Under the pieces are notes generated by a model. The model had not been told where the DNA came from, searched no databases, and saw nothing but the letters and a program-made list of their open reading frames with translations. 64,000 nucleotides of DNA. Origin: Chrysomallon squamiferum. Taxonomy: Eukaryota > Animalia > Mollusca. The position numbers were made by a program, and so were the translations under genes. Shown piece by piece: positions 25,824-39,886 of the stretch (position 1 is the first letter of the stretch; each line of letters starts with the position of its first letter). The stretch covers positions 806,001 to 870,000 of the forward strand of contig CM022675.1 in the NCBI GenBank assembly GCA_012295275.1. Reading direction: 5' to 3'.

Positions 25824-27612
25824 TTATTTATATCGATTTGTAGAGCAGGGTCTGGTGAACGTCTGGTCAATGATGTCAATCCAGGAGGTGGACACCCACT
25901 TAGATCCAACAAGCACAGGACACGCGAAGTGATACGAGTCTTTTACTGAAGACCCGTTCAAGTGGAAATTGTACCATATCGCTGCTGCCCTTTTCTCAGG
26001 AAATATCTTCAAGCCGTAGAAAGGAAAGACTGTATGACCACCAGCTTCCACATCACCCAAATAAAACAGCCAAGTAGCGATTCTGTCTGAATATATCACT
26101 GTTTCACCTTTTGGTGATGTATCCCTGTGTCCCGGAAAGTAACCTCCAAGTCCATAGTTAGCTGCGTGCCATTTAACGGACTGATCGACAACAAGGCCTG
26201 CAATTGCTGCCGTTCTCTTGTTAATGTTCGTCAGAACTGGACTCGCTGAAGATGGAATAAAAGCAACTTTGCTGATTTGAAAGTCGAGACATGATGATCT
26301 TTGTGTCGTCTTGCTGATGTAAGGAACAGCCTGGCGTTTGAATTCTGAAAGTTCCTCTTCACTGACCACATCGTGGTAAAGAGAAATTTTGGGGGACAGG
26401 TAAAGCTCCTCCTCTTTTACCGGATTAAGAACAAGCAGTGGATGGTTGCTGTTGCTATGGTAACGACACTTCAAACGATGTTGATCCTTCACTTGTAGAA
26501 TTGTTTCATCGCGGCAGTATTCGTAAAATGTTTCTACATCACTGTTGATGATAAACACAGAAAGAAATAAACAAACAAAGAAGCAGAGAACAAAGCAGCA
26601 AAAACAAAGACACAAATACATATGTAAATAAACAATTTTAGCTAAAATAATAAAGTAAGGAAACTTTAGCAAGTTTTTCTCTTTTGAAACAATCTTTCAT
26701 TATTTGCTTGTTTTTATATTAAAAAAAAAATGTTTTTTATTTATTTATTTATAATAGATCATTCGTATGATTGTAATTAACAGAAATTATTTTCCTTTAC
26801 CTGGTTTTATATAGCTCAAAGTCCTTGTAAATTTGCGATGAATCAGGTTCATTTTTTAATTTCTCTTTATAAAATTTCTTTCTCTCCAAAGCTTGCTTCA
26901 AAGTCGGATCTAATTTTAACTGTTCTTCAGTTAATTCTAAGGCCAGACCAAATTTGTTCTTGTATTCACACACTTTGATACAGTGGCCTAAAATTTCTAG
27001 TCTAGATACGGTTTTATTTTCTTCTGTCTGCTCCAAATCAAGTGCAGTCTTCATCCACCTATACGAATGATAAAACTTTGCGACATCGAATGCAAGTATA
27101 CCTAACTGGAGACAGTCATCTGCTGTCAGTGGAGGTGCCCGTTTTCCACTGATGTAACCCTTTGCTAAGCTTGAACTGTTCAGTCCATATGAATCCTGAA
27201 GGAGATAGATTGAACTGGCAATACCCTTTAAATCTGCAAGTGAAGGAAGATGTCTACGTAATGACCTCAGTTCAGCACGACGAGTTTCGGATGCTCCCAT
27301 TTCATTAAGCACGACATCAATTTCTCGATTCCAATCCAAAGCGAAACGTTTAATGAACTGAAAAGCACCGTTTGGAGTGGCTATGTAGTACACAGGATCC
27401 GTTAACGCTTTCGAACTGTGTGCTTCCATTTTGTCTGCAATCCTTGACAACTTGTCCAGGTTTGTGTCTTTGTCATGTACACGTATGTAGTCCTTCATTA
27501 GTTGAGCCATGTCTTTTTCAGCGTGTAATGCACCATACATGTGAAACACCGATGTATACAGAATGGCTTTGGTAGGAATCACCAACAAACATGAGCAAAG
27601 AAGCGAAAACAT
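25824..27612 (-). CDS. P4HA: Prolyl 4-hydroxylase subunit alpha-like, 2 exons (27612-26801, 26541-25824), about 509 aa
   Basis: Signal-peptide-like MFSLLCSCLLVIPTKA is followed by the P4HA N-terminal helical region (LYTSVFHM...PNGAFQFIKRF...LLQDSYGL, LTADDCLQLG). A phase-2 intron (AG|GTAAAG...caacag|T) joins YKT-S-DVETFYEYCR. The catalytic domain contains NYGLGGYFPGHRD, RIATWLFYLGDVEAGGHTVFP and HFACPVLVGSKWV, so the HxD, distal His and 2-oxoglutarate Lys are retained. Confidence 0.92.
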
Positions 27613-27849
27613 ATTTAACAAAATAAAGCAAATATTTAGAGTGAAAGTTAGTCTGTACTTTATAAAGAAAATATTTAGAGTGAAAGTTAGTCTGTACTTT
27701 ATAACCAGCACAACGTTTACAATGAAAGTGCAAATTCTAAAAATGTGATGATTTTGAATATTTAATATGTGGGCGTGACAAAATTAATGTTTTTCTACAT
27801 AAGTAAATGTTCTAAATTTAATGTCATCCATTGTATAAGAATTTTAATT

Positions 27850-28330
27850 TAGTGCAGAATAATATGTACTTTAATTTACCAGTGCATAATGAATGTTTCA
27901 CTTTACCACTGTATAATAAATGTTTTAATTTACCACTGTACAATAAATGTTTTAATTTACCACTGTATAATAAATGTTTTAATTTACCAGTGTCTAACAA
28001 ATATTATAATTTACCAGTGTATAATAAATGTTATAATTTATCAGTTATAATAAATGTTTTAATTTACCAGTGTATAATAAATATTATAATTTATCAGAGT
28101 ATAAATGTTTTAACTTACCAGTGTATAATAAATGTTTTAACTTACCAGTGTATAATAAATATTTTAATTTATCAGAATATAATAAATGTTTTAATTTACC
28201 AGTGTATAATAAATGTTTTAACTTACCAGTGTATAATAAATGTTTTAATTTACCGGTGTATAATAAATGTTTTAATTTACCACTGTATAATAAATGTTTT
28301 AATTTACCAGTGTATAATAAATATTTTAAC
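27850..28330. repeat. 27-bp minisatellite immediately upstream of P4HA
   Basis: About 17 units of TGTTTTAATTTACCAGTGTATAATAAA. Confidence 0.95.
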
Positions 28331-28636
28331 TCAGCATTGCTTACAAGTGTAAATTATGTCAGTAAGTAGAGATGTTGTGACTAAATAATAAAAGAAACGT
28401 GAATCCAGTGTAGATTTTTAATTATATTTATTTGCATAATTATTAATGGATTAAAAATAATGGATACTATGAAAGCGATCTATATAAAATACACCAACAG
28501 TCCTGGTGATGAAAAACTGATTCATGAATAAAATATATTGATATCTGATGGATGTAGTGTTAAGGTTTTCTTGTACATATGATGTGTTACAAGCTGCTAC
28601 GTGTATTTTTTGTTTTTTTCTGCATTTTCAAAAATT

Positions 28637-28680
<44 letters not shown>

Positions 28681-29193
28681 CATATATATATATATATATT
28701 TATTTATTTAAAAGAAGTAATTAAACTTAATAAAAAGTGAAACTGATTCAACTTTAATTTATTATTTTAATTTATGTCAAAACATAAAACATTTATAGTC
28801 TTTATTTTTTTGGTCATTTATTTCTTGATTTTAATTCTTTCTTTATTTATTTGCTGTTTTCCTTTTCTACTTGATTTTTATTTTTACTTTATTTCATAGT
28901 ATACTGAAAAAAAAAATATACACATATTGACAAAATTTACAGTAGTTAAGCAGGTGTTAATCAAACTGATGGGAGATAAATATTGGGACCAGTTTTAAAC
29001 ACACAGAAAGAAGTCATGAAAAAAAAAAAAATGTTATTCCTCACAGCAATATAAATTACAGATACCAAAAAAAAAACATAATAAAATAAAAAAAATAAAA
29101 AAATAAATAAAATTTTTATATTATAATAAATCCCTTTGATTTTAGAAATGAATTGGCAAATTAATATTAAAATGTATTGAATTAATTAATTAA

Positions 29194-29268
<75 letters not shown>

Positions 29269-31968
29269 CATAATCATAATCATAATGTTAGAGATAAAAA
29301 AAATATATTAAGAAAAATATATAAAAAAAAAATATAAAAAATAAACTAATTATAACAATGATCATAAAATAAAAAATAAATAAATAATGAATTCTGTAAT
29401 TCTGAATTGGACAATTAACATCATCTCCCCCAAAAATAAAAAAAAAAAATAAAAATAAACCCAAATATTAAGAATGAATTCAAGTTACAAAAAACAGGCA
29501 CTCTATTTAACTACTGTCACAAATATAATTTCAGAATTTATTCAAGATTTAAACTAATAATAATAATAATAATAATAAAAATAATCATCATAAAATACAT
29601 ATAGAAAATTAATTTAAAAAAAAAAAAAAAAAAAAAATAAAAAAAAGAAAATAAATAAACATTTTAAAAGTAAACCTTTGCATCTGTTCACCTAAGCTGT
29701 GGACAAAAAAATGTAACAATATACATTTAACACAATTAAAAAAATTCACTTTTTAATCTTTTGCTGTTAAATACAATAAACTGGTAAGGTGAAAACAATC
29801 TACAGCCATTTTTGCTACATCAAATCTGAGTATTTTCAGAACTAAATTTGAGATTCTGAATAAATAAAAAAGTTACAAAATAAATACAAAAATGAAAACA
29901 AAACAAACAATACATCTCCCTCCCCAAAACCCCCTTCCTCCAGTGATCATAAAGCAGACATGCTAAAATAACATTTACTATCACTACTACTAACAATAAT
30001 GATTTTATTATTAACATTGTTGTCATAGTGAATTAATTTATTTATTCCTTTAATTTATTTATCTCAAATGATTTGTTATCACAAATATTTTATTTGTTAT
30101 TATTATTATTATTATTACTTTTATTATTACTACTACTATTACTGAAATTATTACTGTTATTAATACTATTTACTTATCTCTTAAATGAACTATAAGTTTT
30201 GCATATTTATTTTTTAATAAATTTATTATTTATATCCTCCTACCCCAAAAAAAAATATAATAAAAAAAAAAATAAAGAAATATTTTTTATACTGAAACAA
30301 AAAATCCCCACAACAAACAAAATCAGTTATTTTTATAGTATTTTCTGTCTTTTGACAATGTCAGCCATTTTGTTTCTGACAGTAATTATGCAATCTATAA
30401 ATATTTAAAAATATTTTTATTTAAAAATTCTAGCTAGCAAAGTTTTTTCTGTAGAGCAGCACCTTTTTGTGTGTTCACAGAATTCATTATCATGATGGCA
30501 TCTGGACGAACAAACAGAAATATGAAGCTGATATGTTTTTCATTTAAAAAACAGTTTAAAAAATAAGTAAATAAAAAAAATAGAACTATGGCTTTATGAA
30601 CAAACAGCTTAATCATTTTCAGTACCTGCCCAACATAAGGGTTTGTTTCAATGATCTACTTCTGCTAAAGATAAAGTATTCTTAAATATAGCAAAACTGT
30701 TATGGGAAAGCGACGGACTGTATACATTTTTTTTCTTTCTAAACTTAAATTTAAATTTTAAAGACTATAGAAATAAGTAAGTTGGAGGGATACAAAATTA
30801 TCTAAAAATGTGTTCATATCAAAATTATACATTACATTATTACTGCCAAATGATTTCTACAGTGATACAATTCATAGTGTACTTTCACATTAATGTAAAC
30901 AGTTTGTTTTTCAGTTAATTTCTTTTAGTAAACCTTTAATCCTCTTTTTACTACAAGTGTAAAATAAATAGTCTGTTTGACAGATTTCTACAGTCAGTAC
31001 AGTCAAGTTGTTTGTCCAGTGTACATCTTTCAGCTGACCACTGATAACTATCATTTTGAACAGACATCATAGACAAGTATACAGAGCTTGATACAGAGCT
31101 TTATACCATTACAAATGGCAATCTAATCAGACAGAAATATGCATTTAAAAAAAAAAAAAAAATTCATTTATATTTCAAAAAATAAAATAAAATTAATATA
31201 CATTATTCATAAACCTTTTTAACACAGTATTTTATTTATAGGAACTGCATTTTGTGCAGTATATTCCATTTATTTCGTAAGCATGTATCAATCTGTAGTA
31301 TTTTTTGTTTTTTTCACTATTAAATAAATATTTCATTAGCATGAAGCCAGCTGTTTCAACATTAAACTTGCTGATTTATACATATTGGTATAAAAAAAAA
31401 AAAATTCCATGTATTAAAATGAATAAGTATTTGAGTACATCGTCTAACACAAATATTTCTTTTCTTTTATTACAAATAATATTTCATTCATCAGAAAATT
31501 CACAGCTTATATTATATAAAATATTACTACAGATTATTATTAATTTTATAAAGTGTATTACAAATTTTGCTGTATTATATTATTCTTCCAACCAAATATA
31601 TAAATTAAAAAAATACTTATATAATAATTATTATAATATTTTTTCTACATTAATTACATGTGTTATACTCATGTATATTATTAAAGACATGTTAATGCAG
31701 TTACATTAAAAAGTACATAAAAATTTAAATATTTGTGTGTAGATCAAATACACTTGCATATTTTGCTGTAGGAGAGAGCTACTGTAATTTAGGTAGCAGT
31801 GTTAAATACATATAGCATACATCACAGGTATATGTAAAAAAATACATCATATTGCTCTTAAAATATTTGTCTTTTAACATCACATTAGTACAGATAAAAT
31901 CATAGAGCTGAATTTGAAACGAAATAAACAAAAAATTAAAATTAAAATAAAAATAAAATAAAATAAAA

Positions 31969-32024
<56 letters not shown>

Positions 32025-32969
32025 ATATATGTATATATATATGATAAAAAAATACAATAGAGTAATTATATAAATAACAACAAAATAATAATAAACTATA
32101 ATAATATTTGATATAAAAACACATTAAAATTAAAAGCAAATAAAATTACATAACAGAAACAAAAAACAATAAAAAGAAATAAACAAATAAACAAACCAAA
32201 GTAAAACAAGTAAATAAACAAACAGAAGTGACACTTGTAAATAAAATCTAGACACATTAATATGTTTTTTAAAATTATCAGCTTATAAAATGATTTTTTT
32301 ATTTTTATCTAATATCATTTAACTATTTAATTAACTATATCTTTAAAAATATATATAAAAAAACCTCTTTTTATTATCCTTCAATGTTTTTTTATGTAGG
32401 AAGATCCAATACAATATTTTTATAATTATTATTTCTTCTTCTTCTTATTAAAATATATCTTTAAAATATATAACATAATCTTTTTTTTTGTTTGTTTCAT
32501 CCTTTAACACAATTTTGTTAAGCAAATTTTTAACCACTAAGGCATCATCTTTATAAAAATAATAAAAAAAATAATTTCTATCACAGCTGAAGCAAAACTG
32601 AAAAAAATATATTCTTCATTTTCTTTTACCTTTCATTTTACTAGTGAGAAAGTTATCTGCTATTTTTGAATTACAACACAGAGCACTTGCAGATATTATC
32701 ACAGAAATGAAAGCACATTGTGTTCTGTTAGATATGTATGGAGGGAAGACACTAGAGTGGAAACCAGATTATTAAAAAATAGCCCAAAACAACAAAACAA
32801 AAACCATTAATCTCACGACTTTTCAAATGGGGAAAAAAAAAAAAAAAAATTATACTTCAGAATTTAACAACATTTATGCATTACAAAGGCTGTATGAACA
32901 TAAAAGCATAATGTGTCACAATGATATACAGCGATTACTACATACACACTTAATAATTATCACTGCCTA

Positions 32970-33310
32970 TGTCTATACATTTCTGCACATCTAACCTTCT
33001 AGAGTAAATGTTTATATATTTCTGCGGAACTGATTTTCTAATGTAAATGTCTATATATTTCTGCGGAAATGATTTTCTAATGTAAATGTCTATATATTTT
33101 TGCGCAAATGATTTACTAATGCAAAAGTCTGTGCATTTTTGCACAATTGATTTTCTAATGCAAAAGTCTATATATTTTTTGCACGGTTGGTTTAATAATG
33201 CAAAACTCTACATGTTTTTAGCACAATTGGTTTTCTAATGCTAAAGTCTATATGTTTTTTGCACAATTGATTTTCTAATGCAAAAGCCTATGCCATTTTC
33301 TAATGTAAAT
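32970..33310. repeat. ~39-bp tandem repeat
   Basis: Units of TGATTTTCTAATG(T/C)AAA(T/A)GTCTATATATTT(C/T)TGC...; downstream of the ESYT stop, possibly in its 3' UTR. Confidence 0.9.
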
Positions 33311-34265
33311 GTAATCTCACACAAAGTAAAAATGTTTTTAAAAACAAAACAAATTTTCTTACACAAATGTCATTAATTAAACACTAGATACTTGTACAGA
33401 CACACTTACAGTCGATGTATAAACAACAGTGTTACTGAACATGCTATCAAACAACTATGGAATAACACCAATATTTAAACGGATTCGTTTTCACAACTGA
33501 TTTTTTCTAAGACTAGTAATGCTTGTCAGTGCCTGTATGAAAAGGACAGAAACGGTTCTTACCTAAAAAGATGGACAATTTTAATTGTTCTTTCCTTTTT
33601 AATTTTTGCAAATAAGGAACATACTCCAGGGATGATAATGAAAAGATAAAAACTACAATTTCTCTTTTTGTAAACTTAGAAAAAAACAACTGCATTCTGT
33701 ACATCCTTAAAACTTTCTATTAAATTTTGATTTAGTGATTTTGTGTGAGAAATCAGGGTAACTAATTACTAATTACAAATAGTCTGGAACAAGTCTACTA
33801 CAGTCATACTAATTTCAAAATGTGTCATTTCTTTTTCTTTCTTTTTTTAACTTTTATTTTCATTCATTTTCACTTCTAATCTGTTTTGTTGAAAATCTAT
33901 TTTAGATGCAGTGAGTATATTTATCATTTTGTATTTTACACATGGAGGAGATCTGTCACTTGGTCAAGTGGAATTACATTACTTCTTGCTATCCTACTCC
34001 ATATGATTATCCTACATTTTCAGCATTGCTGTCCTTTCACACCAAACATCAATTCACAGAACAGTACTGTACTGACTTTTGAAACAATCTGTACAGTGTT
34101 TCACTAAAATAATCTTCATGCAGGAATAAAAAAAAAAATGTTTAACTTGACAAGAAAAAACTCAGACCCAGTCTGACAGATTTTTTAAATGACAAACATC
34201 AACTGTGACCATGTTGCAAGCCACAACGACAAATAATATAAAATAAATTGTAAAACACCCAACAA

Positions 34266-34307
<42 letters not shown>

Positions 34308-34491
34308 CTGTGTTGCCATGATTCTACGCTACAAGCACTAGTTCAGTATATAAAATTTTCACATAACAAAATCTTCTTTCCTCACTAAACATTTTCTAAA
34401 ACCAATGAAGTATTTCTGACTTCAAGTTAACTACGCCGTGGTTTGGATATAAAACAGTTCTGCTGCAACGTTGCTGTCGTTGTTCTGTCTT

Positions 34492-37400
34492 TTACACATC
34501 AGATTCGACCATGGACACTTTCTGTGCTCCAATTTCTGGTTGTAAGTCGAACCTAGAAAGTAAATTTAAAAAAATATATTTTAACTTTTTTTGTTATTAT
34601 TATTATTAATTATTATTATTTTTGTGATTAATTTTATTATTAGTATTATTGTTAATTTTTTTGATATTCTTACTATTATTACTTTTATCATTATCATTAT
34701 TATTAATGTTTTTCCCATTCCAACCACATCTCTAGAACTGTTTTATCAAAGTCTGTTATATGTGATTCTTGTATGTGAGAAAGCACTATTAAAAAACCAG
34801 CTTGCTGCTAATTAGAAACAAGTAACCTACTGCATGGTATTAGCAGGTTTCTCCTCTAATTAACTGTATGGTCTTTAACAATATGTGTGATACCATAAAA
34901 ATTAGATTAAAATCCTGTCACATTAGTAAACAAATTAAACATTTCTCCCTTTCTTTCTGAACACAGCAGAAACAAAATTAGAGCAAAAATTTATTCTAGG
35001 TTTAAAATGTACATCTGAGAGTAAAAAAAAACCACAACCGAAAACAACAACATATGAATAATAAAAGAGAAAAAATCTGAATTATTTTATATTCCAGGTG
35101 ATTGATTGTGACAGCAAACTTTACTAATAACGAAGTCTGGCCATCAAATGACAGCAATCATGTATCTAATACTTTATTAGTAATAAATTAAACTGATTAA
35201 AAGAACAGCATTACCATTCTGTCTTGGCTTTAGATGTGTCAAGGGTTGAGAGGTCAAGGTTGACGACCCCCATGACCTTCTCACTGGAGGAGAAAACTCC
35301 TGTTTGGTTCTTGACCATAATCTCTAGAGTTCGACCTGGCAGTTCCTGTGGACTCACAGAATACTCAAACCTGCAGGACAAAAGAAAACTTTTTATAATA
35401 CATATATATATGTATGTATATCTTTGATCATAAAAGAAAGAAAGAAGAAAAAGAAAACTATTAACTAATGTTTTGTGAAACACATATATTAATATATTTC
35501 ATTGTTTCTATAACACATATAAATTCAGATAAAAACACACACTCACACTTACTTACATACACACAGACACTCACAAACACATATACGGACACCAATTCAT
35601 ACACATACATGCACACACACGCACACACATAACCAAACTAAAAACACACTCTCTCTCTCTCTCTCACATACATTCACACAAACAGTCTCTCTCTCTCTCT
35701 CTCTGATATCTGTCTGTCTGTCTGTTTGTCTGTCTGTATCTGATACTAACGTTTCATCAAACACTGGGTTCAGGTTGTCTTTAACAACTTGTGTTTTTCT
35801 CTTGCTGCTAGAAGACTTGTCTGGAAGCAGGTACACGCATCACGCATACGGATCAGACAAATTATTGCTGTCCAGTGGTAACAGATTCCTGTAATAAATT
35901 ATTTTAAAAAAAATTAATTAAATTTAAAATTATAAATATTATAAATAGATTATAATGGCACCTACTATTATTATATTACCATTTACACATGCAGTTAATA
36001 AATACTTTACACAAAGTATAATATCACTAGGTATATAATAAGTAAATACACAGTACTAATGCAGCATACTAATATAATATTATCACTAGACATATAATAC
36101 GTAAATACTTACAGACACTCAGTGTTACATACCAGTTTATATTATCACTAGACATATAATACATAAATACTTACAGACACTCAGTGTTACATACCAGTGT
36201 TATATTATCACTAGACATATAATACATAAATATTTACAGACACTCAGTGTTACATACCAGTGTTATATTATCACTAGACATATAGTAAGTGAATACTTAC
36301 GCACACTGGTGTACAACTATTATAAGTCTCTGTCTCTGAACGCTGTATCTAAAGGTCATCTGAATTCGACCTCTGTCATACTGCCCTGCATACTCAGCAC
36401 TGAAACAATACAAATAAAAATACATTTGGAGACAGACAGACAGACAGACAGACAGAAAGATACACTGTGACATTATTATTATTAAATTATTATTATCTTA
36501 TTTTTTTTTTTTTTTTTTTTTTTAAATATTATATTATTTTCATCTATAATATTATTACTATCATTATTATTATAATCATATTTTTAATTGCATTACTACT
36601 ACCTACTACCAATGTAATTTATCAGCATCATTATCATTGTTATTTACTGCTGTTATTATTATTACTGCTACCAAGTACTATTTTTATATTATTATTACTA
36701 TTACTATTATTATTATTATTATTATTATTGATGTTATTGTTGTTGTTGTTGTTGCTGCTGTTGTTCCTAATACTACTACTAATTGTTTACTATTTTTATT
36801 TTTTCTGTATGATACTATTATTATTTATATTATTATTGTTGTTATTGGTGGTGTTATTATTATTAATTTAATGCTAGTACTGTTTTTATATTATTGTTAT
36901 TATTTTATTGTTGGTGTTATTATTATCATTTTATGATACCATTATTATTATTATTGTTTTTGTTATCATCATTATAGTTATGGTTATTGTTATTATTTGA
37001 GTTACCATTATTATTATGATGTTGTTGTTATTATTTTAGTTACACTTATTATTATTACGTTGTTATTGTTATCACAATCATCATTGTCATCATCATCACT
37101 GTTATGAGTGCTGGTGTTGTTAGTAATAAAGTTAACTGTACCTTGGTGTTTGTGGTTTTCTCTGTCTGACTTCACTCAGTACCTCCTTTGTGGCAGACGG
37201 GATAGTCATTTCTGTCACTTCGTTCTGCACTCCGACATCGGCTGGTTCTGCTGGAGGTACTGCTTCTGCTGGTGAAGAGTCCTTGTCAGGCTTAGCTTCA
37301 GCGTCAGCTTCGTCGTCCTGGCTGTTTCTGTTCTTGTCCACTGATGTCCCTGCAGCGGGTTTGTCGACGGAGGTGCCGCTGTGGATGATGGTGGGCACGC

Positions 37401-39225
37401 TCTCGCTCTCGTCTAGCCACTCCGGGTTTGCGTCTGGGGTCAGCACCTGCACGAATGAATGAATGAATGAATGAATGAATGAATGAATGAAAGAAAGAGC
37501 AATCAGTGAAAAAATGGACTATATCACTGCTTCAAATAATAATGAATGAATGAATGAATGAATGAATGAAAAAAAAAGAAAGAAAGAAGCAATCAGTGAA
37601 AGAATGGACTATATCAATGCTTAAAATAATAATGAATGAATGAATGAATGCATGAATGAAAGAAAAAAGGAATCAGTGAAAAAATGGACTATATCGATTT
37701 GTATAATAATGAATGAATGAATGAATCAGTGAAAGAATGGACTATATCAATGTGCGTAAAATAATGAATGAATGAATGAAAGAAAAAAGAAGGAAAGAAG
37801 GAATCAGTGAAAGAATGAATGAATGAATGAAGGAAAAAAAGAAAGAAGAATCAGTGAAAGAATGGATATATCAATGCGTAAAATAATAATGAATGAAAAA
37901 GAATGAATGAAAAAAAAAATGAATCAGAAAGAATGGACTAAAATGTAAAATAATGAATGAATGAAGAAAAAGAAAAAGAAAGAAGAAAATAGAAAAAGAA
38001 TAGACTATCAATGCATAAAATCAATGAATGAATGAAAGAATGAATTAAGTAAAATAATAATGAAAAATTACTGAAATGAAAGAATGGACTATATCAATCG
38101 TAAAATAATAATGAATGAATGAATGAATTAATGAATGAAAGAAAAAGAAAGAAGGAAAGAAGGAATCAGTGAAAGAATGGACTATATCAATGCGTGTAAA
38201 ATAATGAATGAATGAATGAATGAAAGAAAAAAGAAAGAAAGAAGAAATCAGTGAAAGAATAGACTATATCAATGTGTATAATAATGAATGAATGAATGAA
38301 AGAAAAAAGAAAGAGGGAATCAGTGAAATGGACTATATCAATGCATAAAATAATGAATGAATAAATGAAAGAAAGAAAAGAAAGAAAAAGAAAAAAGAAG
38401 GAATCAGTCAAAGAATGGACTATCAATGTGTAAAATAATGAATGAACGAATGAATGCATAGGTGAAGAATGGAATACATCAATGCATTAAAAAAGAATCA
38501 GTAAATGAATCAGAGAAAGAATTAATGAATTAATGGAATATATCAGTGCATAAAATCAGTGAGTGAATGAGTGGATAAGAAAGGGTGATAATAATGAAAT
38601 CCACAAATGGAGGAAAGGAAAGAACAAAGTAGAAAAAAAATAATGATCTGATGAATGAAGGAAAGAATGAACAGGCAAAGCAGCTAATGAATAAAAAAAT
38701 ACAGCCAGGCATGAATGAATGAAAGAACGGTGAACGTGATACTGACCAAAGTATTATTCCTCTGATTTTCATCAAAAAACACTTTTTACAAAAGATGGAT
38801 GAAGAGTTACTTACCCTGAGAGCAATTCTCATGTGCACCTGTCCTGTTGCAACAACATTTCTGATTGTGAACTGTTGATCCATGACCATGTTGGTAGCCA
38901 TGAGAACATCCTTCAGTTTGATCGACACTGATCCTATCTGCTTGTTCCCCTTTGTGTCCCACACCTGCAGACAAAGGGAGGTAACAGATGAATAAATAAA
39001 GGGAGGTAATATAAAAATACACAAAACAAGGGGATATAACAGATTATTAAACTGGAGATAATGAGGAAATGATGATGATGATTTATGAAAACAGAGATAG
39101 TACAGAATGATAATAAAAAAAATAATAATAATAAAAAACAAACAAACACTCACAATATACATGAACAGAAAATTTATTTTTATTTTTCAAAAATATGTTT
39201 GGGACAGTCGTTTGTCTTTCTTGTA

Positions 39226-39256
<31 letters not shown>

Positions 39257-39720
39257 TTTTTTTCAAACAGTACATTTTTGGGGCAGTTCTTTATCTTTCT
39301 TTTGCTGATTATATATATTTTTAAGAACAAAAATGAAAAAATAAACAAATAAGAGGTTGTTGTTTGTGTGTTACCTCGACATCCAGACTCTGGAAGGTTG
39401 GATTGTGAACGAGAAATCTGTAGTTCTCCTCCCACCGTGGTTCGTTCGTGTTTGGTTTCGGTGCACTGTCCCTCTTGTCTCTCCCCACAGACAACTTCAC
39501 CATAGGGGACGGCTCACACAGTGTCTTCTTGCCTCGCTGAAAAACATAATCACTGTTGTAATTCTGTTTCACACATCAACCTAAATGCCTATCTTCTGCC
39601 TTTCTATCTATGAATATATTTTTGTATGTATATATTTAGCAGTTTTAGTAATGAAATAAGAAAAATAGTTTGTTGTAACATATTAAGATTAAATATTAAG
39701 CTTTACACCTGTGTCTATGG

Positions 39721-39772
<52 letters not shown>

Positions 39773-39832
39773 AGTTAACTGTAACTGTCTTGTATGTTGG
39801 TGGGTTGTGTTAGTGTGTTTATTTCAGGGACA

Positions 39833-39886
<54 letters not shown>

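Noticed and set aside
27613-27711. N-terminal extension of P4HA (IKYRLTFTLNI twice)
   Set aside because: Non-ATG start, derived from a 39-bp duplication; the signal peptide begins at ATG 27612.
27831-28369. ORFs with repeated YNKCFNLPV
   Set aside because: Product of the 27-bp minisatellite, whose period is divisible by 3. The frame shifts within the array and the starts are non-ATG.
33400-34491. SECIS element that would support selenocysteine at the ESYT TGA
   Set aside because: I could not identify a convincing AUGA/AA/GA stem-loop by eye in the proximal part. The TGA is also not at a conserved Cys position.
37860-38110. Abruptly degraded units inside the (GAAT)n minisatellite
   Set aside because: The many small deletions look like low-quality long-read consensus rather than biology. 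This also raises the prior that the nearby ESYT TGA is an assembly error.
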